DNA of 56,577 bases, the filler included, from Dimargaris cristalligena (Eukaryota): NCBI GenBank assembly GCA_003614675.1. It is 2 parts of 2 records of this genome, joined end to end, with 100 filler letters (N's around TTAATTAATTAA, not from the genome) between each part and the next. Parts side by side here need not be neighbours in the genome. Positions count along the whole stretch, not along the records: positions 1 to 28,276 come from ML002502.1; 1 more part is not named here. One strand, given 5' to 3'. The notes beneath the pieces were generated by a model. The model made no database searches and was not told the DNA's origin. It saw only the letters and a program-made list of their open reading frames with translations. Position numbers and translations under genes: made by a program. This document shows positions 1-9,802 of this stretch, piece after piece. How positions within the stretch are numbered: position 1 is the first letter of the stretch; each line of letters starts with the position of its first letter.

Positions 1-2607
1 TGGTTCCTGGAAAGATTCGTAGGTGTAGACCCAGGCGACCGCGGCCCGGGGAGTAAATTGAAGCGTAGAGGCGACGAACCATTCCACCCGGTGGGCCAGG
101 ACGGTCGTATGAACGGTAAGGGCCGATGTCGGGTTGGTGTCGGTTAAGGACGACAACGACGACGAAGGAGGAGGAGGAGGATGGGTGGGGGTATCGATGG
201 GGGTTCGCAGGAAGAGGGTCATTAGGCGGCCACCCACGTGTAGGATCAGGCTGGGGCAGGGCGGAGAGCCGGGAACAGCGGAGGGAAACCAGAGGGACCG
301 GCTGAAGGACCGAATATGCCAAGGGTCAGGGGTAATCGAATTGACCGTCCAGCGACGGACATGAACCAGGTGAAAGGAGCGGACCTCGGCCAATGAACCA
401 CTCTCGGGTGTAGCGGGGGATGATACTTGGCTAGCCGATCGATGTCGGGTAGTACCACTTCGGTCGGCGCTACCGGTCCCTCCCAGTGCGGGGGTACGGT
501 CACTCCGAATTAAGTATTCGTCGACGTGTCCGGCGTAGTCTAAAACCATGATGCAATCCTTTTGGCACTCCAGGCGGACCGCGGGGCACGTTAGGGCCCT
601 CCGGTAGACGACGTGTTGATCGTCGATCCCTAGGAGACGGGAATACACCCGCAACTCGGATTTTTGGTATTCCCAGTCCCGGCCCTGTCGCACCCTATTG
701 TCGCGGAAGGGAGAGGCTGCGGCCGCCAGCACCGTAGGATCGGCGGCCGTGGCGTCCGGGTTAAGATTGGCGGCCGTTACTAGCCAGTGGTGGTGCCACA
801 CCAGCCCACCCTGGCAGGCGAACCGGGCTTCGGCGGCCTGATTGCGGAACATTTTCCACTTTTGCGACCCGCGGCTGTAGTAACAGAAGCCCCGCCGCCC
901 CGCGATGGCGACGTAGCGGTTGGTCAAGTCGGCCGCCACATACCGAATCGGCCAGTGGGTGGATAAATACATGGACGGGTAGGAGATGAGGTTCCAGGCC
1001 AAGTCGGGATTGCTGGTCGACTCCAGAGAGGGCCAGTGGTGCGGGGCGGCGTCAGGGTCCGCCAGATTGGGAAAATTCATCAGGTGGCTAAAGTCGCCCC
1101 GGAAGGAGGAGGACGGGGATACGGTGGTGTGGTCGGGATCTTCGGAACCCTGGGCGCGTGACGTGTGGCCCATAATTAAATGCCGACTGCTTTGAAGAAT
1201 AAGGTGGCGCTGATTAGCCAGAGTCGACTGGGTGGTCAGTAGAGCACGGGCAAAGGGGATATTGTACATCTGTGCTAAGGAGCCGGGGGTCGGATTTGCA
1301 AGGGTGTCGTTTTCCGGGGGGATGGTTGGTACCCAAAGCTCGGTTCCGCTGGCGTCCCAGAATAGATGGGCATATAATGGTACAATAGGTCGGTTAGGTG
1401 GGCTGAGTGGTTCAACTGGGGACCGGGGGGCGGATCCGGCCAAGGAAGGGGACGAACATGCAGCTTGGTTGCCTTTCGATAGTCCGGTTGGGGAATCCTC
1501 CTTCATTGTCGGTGGTGCTGCGAGAGGGAACGCACTGAGCCAAGTACCATAGACCGAGTACTGGTAGATATGGGCAGCTTGGGTGTTGATGGTGAGGACC
1601 CCGCCATCCGGAGACCACACGAGGGCAGTAATGAAGGGCCGAGCGGTGGACGGGGTGGGTAGATCGGCGGGGGTGGGCAATTGAATACAGTGGGAGGGGT
1701 TAAGTCGGCCCTGGGCAGCGTTATACGAATACAAATGAACGGCCCCTTCGGTAGTGGCGATGGCGGCCAGAGAAAAACACGAGTTTAGCGAGACAGCGCT
1801 CACTGTGACCGGTTGGGGCAGTTGGCGACTAGCCACGCCGACCCAGTGATGGGTGGTCAGAGTCGCTGGGGGGCACTCCAATATGGGTTGGAGCTGGGCC
1901 AGCCATAGCGTACCTTGTTCGGTCACCCAGAGCCAGCTATCGTGCCAGACGTCCCGCTCCATAAAACCGACCGTTTCGCCGGCCAGGCCCAGCCACGGTA
2001 AATCGGCCAGCCGGTGGCAGGGATAAATCAGCCGGTGACCCTCCGGCGAACTCGGCGTATCAATGTCCCATGGCACGTGGGTGAGGGAACTGGGTTCCCG
2101 GGTTTGGATAAGAATGCTCGTTTCGGTGGCCCGTAAGCCAACCACGGGTTTCCGGCGCAGGGCCTGGAGCTGCACCGTTCCCATGATGCGTATCGTATGA
2201 ATACGGATACCGCCTTCCTCGCCGGGTCCGGGTACGTAGTAGTGGGGCGTGCGGAATTGGTACTGGTAGGCCTGGCGGTCGGTTTCCACTACCCAGTAGC
2301 GCCGTACGTGACCTCCAGTAGTCAGCACGGCAAATTCGTGCCGATGCCGGTGGCGGAGGGGTCGCCAAACCAGCTCTTGGAAGGTGCCCGTCTGTTGAAT
2401 AAGCGGTTCCGTCGCGACCTCAGTAGCCAGGAGCGCGAGTGGCTGCAAGGACCACAGGTGGAGCACCCGGCTGGTCATGGCCACCAGGAGCGACCGGTCG
2501 GGATTCGATAGCACGCGGAAGATGGGGTCATGGGCGGGCAGGGGCGGAGAAGGAGTCAAGCCATCGTCTAGGGTGACGATTTTAGGGCTAGCCAGGAGCC
2601 AGTACAT
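1..2607 (-). CDS. RIC1: RIC1 homologue (Rab6/Ypt6 GEF complex subunit), 5' part; the gene runs off the left edge of the window
   Basis: Manual minus-strand translation from the ATG at 2607 gives MYWLLASPKIV..., later ...WNLISYPSMYLSTHWPIRYVAADLTNRYVAIAGRRGFCYYSRGSQKWKMFRNQAAEARFACQGGLVW..., which matches the RIC1 WPI..AGRRG..KWK.F pattern. It is probably absent from the ORF track because no stop occurs before position 1. Confidence 0.8.
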   Translation of the reverse strand, partial: MYWLLASPKIVTLDDGLTPSPPLPAHDPIFRVLSNPDRSLLVAMTSRVLHLWSLQPLALLATEVATEPLIQQTGTFQELVWRPLRHRHRHEFAVLTTGGHVRRYWVVETDRQAYQYQFRTPHYYVPGPGEEGGIRIHTIRIMGTVQLQALRRKPVVGLRATETSILIQTREPSSLTHVPWDIDTPSSPEGHRLIYPCHRLADLPWLGLAGETVGFMERDVWHDSWLWVTEQGTLWLAQLQPILECPPATLTTHHWVGVASRQLPQPVTVSAVSLNSCFSLAAIATTEGAVHLYSYNAAQGRLNPSHCIQLPTPADLPTPSTARPFITALVWSPDGGVLTINTQAAHIYQYSVYGTWLSAFPLAAPPTMKEDSPTGLSKGNQAACSSPSLAGSAPRSPVEPLSPPNRPIVPLYAHLFWDASGTELWVPTIPPENDTLANPTPGSLAQMYNIPFARALLTTQSTLANQRHLILQSSRHLIMGHTSRAQGSEDPDHTTVSPSSSFRGDFSHLMNFPNLADPDAAPHHWPSLESTSNPDLAWNLISYPSMYLSTHWPIRYVAADLTNRYVAIAGRRGFCYYSRGSQKWKMFRNQAAEARFACQGGLVWHHHWLVTAANLNPDATAADPTVLAAAASPFRDNRVRQGRDWEYQKSELRVYSRLLGIDDQHVVYRRALTCPAVRLECQKDCIMVLDYAGHVDEYLIRSDRTPALGGTGSADRSGTTRHRSASQVSSPATPESGSLAEVRSFHLVHVRRWTVNSITPDPWHIRSFSRSLWFPSAVPGSPPCPSLILHVGGRLMTLFLRTPIDTPTHPPPPPSSSLSSLTDTNPTSALTVHTTVLAHRVEWFVASTLQFTPRAAVAWVYTYESFQEP

Positions 2608-2829
2608 ATAGAATGGGATACAAATAAGCCTGCCGTTCAAGGAGGTGAGGCGAGAACAAAAGGAAATAAGATGAACAGGGCCGCGGAGCTACTGCGGGGT
2701 CAAGTAAGAGATGGGGACGATTCAAGAAGCTGGCGGAGAAAGGACAATGGCATCACCACACACAGTCGCGCAAGTGCAATTAGTATGGGTAAATGGCAAT
2801 TATAGAGCGGAAACCCAATTCTACCATAT

Positions 2830-2968
2830 GGGAGAAGTTCATTCGGGCAGTATAATGGAAAATCACCTTGGATGAGACCAATATTACGGGTTAAGGGCTA
2901 TTCTGCCACATATTTACCCATACATGTATTATGTAAAATTTTATACAGCTGGTTTGAATTTCATCCCC
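2830..2968. mobile_element. MITE-like element, copy A
   Basis: ATAT|GGGAGAAGTTCATTCGGGCAGTATAA ... TTATACAGCTGGTTTGAATTTCATCCCC|ATTA. Imperfect terminal inverted repeats and internal similarity to the other four copies. Confidence 0.7.
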
Positions 2969-3481
2969 ATTATGGATATTAACCAGATTAGAAGATACAG
3001 GTTCAAGGTGGATATATCCACGGTTGGAATAGTCTAATACGGGAATTAGCAAAGAGAAACCTATAGCGCTTTTTACATAAATAGTTGGTTTGTCGGGATT
3101 TTGAATAGGTTAGAGAGTTAGTAACTTTATAAACAGAAATCCATTTAATTACTAAAAGAAGGTCATGAGATACTTGAGTTTATCTTTCATTACTCCATAG
3201 AACGATGGCCAATTTCTTGACTCAGTTAATCCTTTTAGGGCATCTCTGGGCATACCTCCATTGTTGGTTTGGAGACGCTTCCCATTTTCCACCAGAGCCA
3301 TCCAGATACCAGCAGACACCCCCCAGTATCACCATTAGTTCTCGTGGACGGGCCTCCCGTGCTAACCCCGCGTATAAATACGCCCCTCCCCCCAAGTTAC
3401 ATCCTGATTATTCCTAGGCTTAGTAACATATAGTTCACCTCAACAAATCCTTTTACCATCGCCCCCAGATAGTACCCAACA

Positions 3482-4206
3482 CATAGGTGCCCATATACCA
3501 TCATTACCCCCTATTTGTGTTCCTTACTAATTAGTACCGGTCTAGACCATCTCTGATGTTGTATTCTTAAAAAACCTACGCGCATGGACTCCGGTTTGGT
3601 ATTTAAGTGTTTAACCACCATGTCAGAGTTTTTGATTATATGCCTAAGCTGGATCTCTCCCAAACCATCGTGGCTCACACATTCAGCTGGAAAAACAGGC
3701 CATGGACTTCCCCACTTAATGCCCGATTGATAAACCCTAAAGTTAAAAGCACTATGCCATCGGTCAGTTTGGGCAGGACGCCATTCGTTATCTGGGCATA
3801 TCCGTGACTTGTTTACTTGGGCCAGATAACTACACCGAAGGGGATATCATCAGCTAAGTGTATTTTTAATGCTCGATAAACGATGCCTTTGGCTACTAAG
3901 TGGCTGTTCAGCCGCTTGAAGTAAGTCGTGAATAATAACACTGCTTGCTTCGCAAAAGGCATAAGCGCATAAATGGCCTTGATTAAGGATAGACTACACC
4001 AATGGCATAGCCCACGTGCCAACCCAATTATCACGTTCAATCTTGAAGACCCCATAGTAAAGTGGTCCAAAACACACAAGAATCCGAAGAATACATCAGC
4101 TGAAATAAGTAACTCACCCAAATTTATTAATAATAGGACTTTCTCCTCTGAAGAGTGGGAGGAATGAGCGATCAATACAGTCTTTTTGCATTTCACCAAC
4201 TCATAA
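3482..4206 (+). pseudogene. Possible decayed secreted-protein gene, convergent with F-box gene copy 1
   Basis: TATAAATA near 3373. Hydrophobic leader-like relic RCPYTIITPYLCSLLISTG. ORFs 3607-3807 and 3973-4167 are in the same frame, separated by in-frame stops. The 3' end (SEEWEE*AINTVFLHFTNS*) aligns with SEGYEELAINAAVLHFTL* on the minus strand at about 16625-16690. Confidence 0.3.
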
Positions 4207-4445
4207 ATCAACAATTGTAACTCTTAGATATTAAATATATACTGTGAGAAGTGACCCAGAGTATCTGGTAATCACCAACTTAAAAGTTTATTGATATGGA
4301 ACAGTAGTGGGAAGATAAAAATAGTGAAAATATCGTTGGATAGAGCCGGAACATGGGTAGGTTTTGGTATTATGCAGTAGAAACCCTGTAAGTTCCACCA
4401 GGTTGCATCCAGTCGTCGTCATCTTCATCGTCAAATAGTGCGGAT

Positions 4446-6220
4446 TTAAATATCGTGGGGGGAGGCTCCGTTTTTTTTGTACTTTGGTTGGTTTCTCACT
4501 AATTCTAGTTGATATTCAAGCTCGCTATGAGGTAGCCATCCCTCATTGAGCTTCTCGAGTTTGTTGGCCTTGATTAATTCATTGACCGTCTCGCGGTGGA
4601 CTCGGATGGCCAACTTGGGCTTTCCAAGGGAGTCGCGACGGAAGTGGACAAACCCACCAGCAGTCCAATCAACTAGAAGACCGAAGTCCCATACTTCGCT
4701 CGGATCCTGCGCATTACACTTTTTCTCGGCCGTTGTGAATCCCAATGTACCGGCATAACGGCAGTCATACCCGAATGTGTAGTTTCGTTGGTCCTCTGGA
4801 TCGGTGAAGTACTTGTCGAAGTCCCAATGCAATAGAGTCACGTACGGTTTTAATGCCAAGTAAGTAAATGGGCGATGCTCCTCAAGCAATCTCTCCAACT
4901 CCCTTAAAATGGGGAATTGGTCGATTGTGGCAAGAATCGTGCAGATACCGACTATCATGTGCCATTCGAGGGAATTTTTATACTCTATAACCGATGTTGT
5001 CCCGAGATGTTCCTCATTATGAAGCTCACTCGGTAAGTCTTCAGCCGGCATACTATCAGTGTATAATAGTGTCTTCCGAACTAGCTCGATAGTAGACACC
5101 CCGGGCCCCACTTCCAAGAAATACAACGCAGGGAATAATACACGCTTATAGGCGCTGCTTAATCCAGCATAGTCCAGATAATCCCATTCCGCCTTGATTA
5201 TCTCAAGTTTTACTAGATTCCGCCAAAGTAATCTTGGTTTCCTCTAAAGCCCTCTGGACTCTCTCAAACCTACTCTCGGCTCTCATGATCTCCTTGGAAT
5301 ATTTCGATCCAGAGCGCTAGGCCAATTGCTGGAGTCGTAGGGATCACTTCATCTATACGAAGTCCCCCAGTGCTAACCCACTTGGCGGCCGTGAGTGCAT
5401 CCATCGACTGCATCGGAAAAAGGGTTTTCAACTTTGTTAGGTCTAAGGACTTTATATTGGATATCAAATTGCCGAACTTTTTAACCATCTTTTCAACAGT
5501 AGACAATCCAGGATTCAATGCAGGCCAGCAACATATAGTGATTAAAAATGGGGATCAGTCGATGGGGGTAGGAATGGAATCGACATGGGTGAAATTCGAC
5601 CAGGTAGTATAATGCTCTAAATGAAACTTGTATGGAAACATAGGCGGAGTATTGATTTGCAACCAGGAGTGTTTGCCTCCTTCTACGGATATTTTGTTAT
5701 ACAGACCAGTTGAGCCTCTCCCATTTGCAAGTATCTGGATCACACGCGTGCACTTGGAAAGCGCACCATCAAAATAGAGAACACCCCACAGATTATGGTA
5801 GACTAAATGACAGAGTGACCTGTGAATTGTTTCGGATAAAACCGGTAGACTTACTTTGAAAATGTTCGTTCTAACTGTACCGTCTTTGCCGCTAAAATAT
5901 AAATGGCGATCGGTCTCCGATAAGCGCAAAAGGCTATCTATATCTAATTTACTATAAATTTGTTGGTGAATCTCATAGGGAAGTTTTGCAAGCTGATAGC
6001 CAGGGGTATCTTGAGGACGCTTAACTTGGATGGGAGTTTCGACCTGCATACCACTGCTAAGAGGAATTGAATTGGGATCATCGCCAGGTTGGTATTCAGC
6101 TTCATTTAATGTGATACCCCGGTCTACAGAACAGCACGCGCCCATAGGTTGGGGGCGGGAAGCAGCGCTGTGGGCTAGGGCCAGGGTTAACAGAGTGACA
6201 GGAACAAAGTACGGCTTCAT
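4446..6220 (-). pseudogene. Secreted F-box protein gene, copy 1 (exon 1 6220-5855, intron 5854-5489, exon 2 5488-4446), apparently with two frameshifts at about 5330-5195
   Basis: Signal peptide MKPYFVPVTLLTLALAHSAAS. F-box motif LAKLPYEIHQQIYSKLDIDSLLRLSETDRHL. GTAAGT donor, CTGAT branch point, ~70 nt AG-free zone and a phase-0 AAG acceptor. Exon 2 needs three reading frames to join MVKKFGN..., ...RALEETKITLAES and ...IKAEWDYLDY...LYFLEV. TATATAAG about 185 nt upstream of the ATG. Confidence 0.75.
5587..5722. mobile_element. MITE-like element, copy B, inserted in the intron of F-box gene copy 1
   Basis: ACAT|GGGTGAAATTCGACCAGGTAGTATAA ... TTATACAGACCAGTTGAGCCTCTCCC|ATTT. Absent from the paralogous intron. 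The intron length difference (366-226 = 140) equals 136 bp plus a 4-bp duplication. Confidence 0.85.
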
Positions 6221-7516
6221 TGTCGATAGGCAAAAATAAAGGAGGGGGGTTGGAAAGAACAGGGAAGTCAAGAGTAAGCAATTCTTGGCAGTCGAAGACG
6301 GCTGGGAAGCGCAAAGCAGCAAAAGGGAAGTTGAATGCTTGCTGGAATATGGTGGGTTGGGAGTAGGCGGTAGGAAATAAATATGAGGGGGAAATGGCTG
6401 GCTTATATATCGGGGACGGGCGTCAGAGGGGAGTGTACAGGTGAGCAAGGAGAGAGAGAAAGAGAGGGGGAGATGTGCAGGGAAAATGCATCTACGCCTG
6501 CCGGGAATAGTAAAGGCCGGAATCAACCTTGGCCTTTGCCATCCCAAGGAAAATATGGACCACGGATATTCAACACTCACATGTACCTTGCAAACGAGAA
6601 TTGGGGACCTTCCACCAAAAGAAGCCGGAAGGTGTTCCCGGTCTATGCCATTGGGCCAGGTCGCCTGTTCGTTTGTTAACATATATCCTTTTATACGAAG
6701 CAAATCCCACCGCGATGGCCACAGGCTGCAGCTAACAAGCCCTGCGTTTTTATGTAGCGCAGCCCTGTGTAGTGAACAGCATCATATCCCCTCGTTGTCT
6801 TTTCAACTTAGTATCCCGCTTTGTTGGGAAGCTAGCATTCGGAAAATATCCCGCAGCACATGGGAGCCCGATCATTCGCCTCGTTATTCAACTCAAGCCA
6901 CCCGAAAATAGAGGAAAAAGGGTCCAAAAGATCAAAAGAACAGCTAGCCAATGCGACTACTGGGGACAGTGCTTGGCACTTATTTATTTTAATCTTTGGT
7001 TATTGTAGGTTGGCACGAACTTCAAACCATGAATTCATGACCAGTGTTTTTTGGTGTGACTGTCCAACGAGTACCCTATTCTATTAGACCTTCGGCACGC
7101 TGCTTTCCAGCTGTGGCTGAGGCTGTCCAAAGGAGGGGAAGAATAGAGAGTGTGTGTTTACATCTACCTACCTAACCTACCCACGGCCACCGCTTCCATG
7201 GATATCCGGCGTCTTACGTATTTCCTGCCTTAGTCGACCTTTCAACCTATTCCTCAAGGTGGTCGAGTGATCCTTACCATCGAGTGTTCAAGTCCATGGC
7301 TATGATGGGCTACTCTTTCTCATTACCACATACCTTTTCGACCTCTATATACTTGCCAACAAGTACTGCCCATAGCCGCAAGGCACCACCAAAAGTAGCA
7401 AAGTATAGAAATTAAACATATCGAATGATATTCCTATGCCACCCATTCCGATAGTTCGGAAAAACAAGGAGACCCCCCATGCACCAAACATACCATTAGG
7501 GACTCTTGTCGAATAT

Positions 7517-7664
7517 AGGAGTAGTTGTCCGACCAGACGGCATAACGAAAAATCCGTTGGATAAGGCAAAAGCATTACTCCTAACTAAAAACCAATCGAT
7601 CATCTCTGCCAGCCCACATGCATAATATGTGTAAAACCTTTTACAGCTGGGTCAATTTACACCC
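7517..7664. mobile_element. MITE-like element, copy C, at the inner boundary of the left duplication arm
   Basis: ATAT|AGGAGTAGTTGTCCGACCAGACGGCATAACGAAAAATCCGTTGGAT ... TTACAGCTGGGTCAATTTACACCC|AGGT. Confidence 0.65.
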
Positions 7665-7784
7665 AGGTGTACATTATAGCTCAACCTCATTGTTTGCAGT
7701 TACACTCCATTCCTACCCGATTTCTCTAACTCTTGCTTACAAGCATTGTCACTTTTTGGAATAGCCGAACCCACCAAAACAGTC

Positions 7785-9165
7785 ATGTCGGCCGATCGTA
7801 CCAATGCATACAAGTCCCAATCTGTGAGTAGCTCATTTTCCCACCCAAAATCTCCCTCGCCAAGGGTCATTTCCAGCCCCGGGTGCGATTCAAGCAGTCG
7901 CCTTGTGAGATAGCCGCTGCGTCTTTTGAACCCCATCGGCCCTGCCGGTAACTAATGTCCAAAAATACACATACCTTCCTGCCAATTAAATACAGAATGA
8001 TACTAGCTTCCGCCGAACCTGGGATCGGGATGAGTTCGAGAAACGAGCCCGGGAGCGAAGTCGCCTCGAAAGACAGGCCGAAGAGGACGAGGACCGCAAA
8101 CGGAAAGGTACGATGTTCGCCAATGTATTCTCATTCGTATACGTTTCCACAATCGCCTCTCTGCCTAATGTGAAGTGACCCCCGCCCTTAAATTTATCCA
8201 CTTTGTCAGCTTTCTTATATCAACCGATTGTTCGGATGCATTCGCTTACCGTGTTTCCTGTATCACTGCATTAACAGGCCTGCCCCCGTTGGAGCGCCGG
8301 CGGCCCGATGAGCGTACACCAGACCGCACACTACTAAAAGCCCGCGAGGGAAAGATGGATTTCGAGTCCGCCCTCGGCAAAACCCAAGTCGCTCATATTG
8401 CTGGAACTTCGTCTCAACAGCCGGGCTTTTACTGCAAGGAGTGTGACTGTGTACTTAAGGACAGCACCGCCTTCCTAGACCATGTCAACGGCAAAAAGCA
8501 TCAGCGTAATTTGGGAATGTCCATGAAGGTTGAGCGCAGCACACTTGAGCAGGTTCGGGCCCGGTTACAGATGCTCAAGGCCCGGAAAAAAGTCACCCAG
8601 TCGGAATATAGTAAGTTGACTACTGTGGGGCTAGTCTTTATCCAGTGGTGACCTGTTCTCTTGTGACTGTCGTATCGAACACACCTTTCCCTAATCCTTG
8701 ACTATTTGGATACTTGGGCTAAAGCGACGCCGTACTTCGCTCATCTGCTTAGCCATTCTGACCCATGAACACTCGAATTTATACTCGGTTTTTATCCCAT
8801 ATTCTTTTTCTCCCATTTTCAACCAATAGACATCGAAGAGCGGCTGGCTGACCTTCGGCAGCAAAGAGTAGACGATAAAAAACGACGGCAGGAGAAAAAG
8901 TGGGAAAAGAAAGCTCGGGCGGTCCAGGAGCCCACGTCCAGTATCGGTGCCGTCGATCCTGATATGGCCGCGCTCATGGGGTACGTTAGCTTTCATACTC
9001 GAACCTATAGGCGTGCTGAGATTGGGGGATTGCGTGACAATTCTGTTACAATATATAATTGATTTACCTAGTACTAATTTTAATGTATTCATCTGCTGGT
9101 TATTGCTGTTGTTTTTCACTATTTAACATCATAGGTTTTCTGGATTTGGTACATCCAAAAAATAG
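7785..9165 (+). CDS. SNU23: U4/U6.U5 tri-snRNP zinc-finger protein Snu23/ZMAT2; exons 7785-7823, 7996-8107, 8278-8610, 8830-8980, 9135-9165
   Basis: Spliced translation MSADRTNAYKSQS-NDTSFRRTWDRDEFEKRA...GFYCKECDCVLKDSTAFLDHVNGKKHQRNLGMSMKVERSTLEQV...DMAALMGFSGFGTSKK*. All junctions are GT-AG and in phase. Confidence 0.93.
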
Positions 9166-9802
9166 TATCCTATAAACTTGCACTGTATTGTATATCTCGA
9201 GAATGGTCTGACCTTAATCCTGGTGCTGAGTAGGATTTGTTGCTAAAATCAAATAAATATTACCAATGTAATTCCCCTTCTCAAGAATTGATAAAATGCC
9301 AAAGCAGCCACCATCATGAGAGTCATGTGACTTAAATACCCTATAGTGGGTTAGCACACTTGTTTGTCCTACCTTTATTTACCCAATTCGTTGTGAGGGG
9401 GGAAATTATCGTTTATTGAGGCAGTTTACTTGGGGGACCTGGAGGGGAAACAAGGCTTCGCCAAAAGGGGAAGCTCGCGTTGGCATTCTATCGACTGTAT
9501 ATAGTGTCCCCCATTCGTTCATTCGTTCATTAGTTCATTTCTCCGTTCCTCGGTTCATTTCGACGCATTTTCGCCGTGCATCACCCACTAGTGCGTTTCC
9601 GATCGTAGGCCACGGCTCAGTTATTGACCACGCCTTACCACCCCCCACCCTCTTCAAAGTGTTTCGAATACGCTCGGCCGCAGGCCTCCCCCCATTGACC
9701 GTCTGCAGCCTTCCTGCCAGTCGCTACCTTTTACCTTTCCGCCAGCCTCGGCGACTTTTCCCGAATCGCCCGCGCGCCTTCAGTCATTCTCCCCTTCGAA
9801 CC

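Larger units (their letters stand above)
4140..7664 (-). repeat. Left arm of a ~3.4 kb inverted segmental duplication (partner about 13382-16700)
   Basis: The reverse complement aligns by eye with 13382-16700 across the upstream region, TATA, 5' UTR, both exons, the intron and the 3' flank. Confidence 0.85.

Noticed and set aside
5555..6703. 382-aa ORF as a single protein
   Set aside because: The first 161 codons are promoter/5' UTR. The last ~100 codons read through the intron and MITE copy B. Only 6220-5855 is exon.
9416..9658. TTG start of the 967-aa ORF-track call for TRZ1
   Set aside because: It lies in promoter-like sequence. The GTG at 9659 and the ATG at 9803 are better supported.
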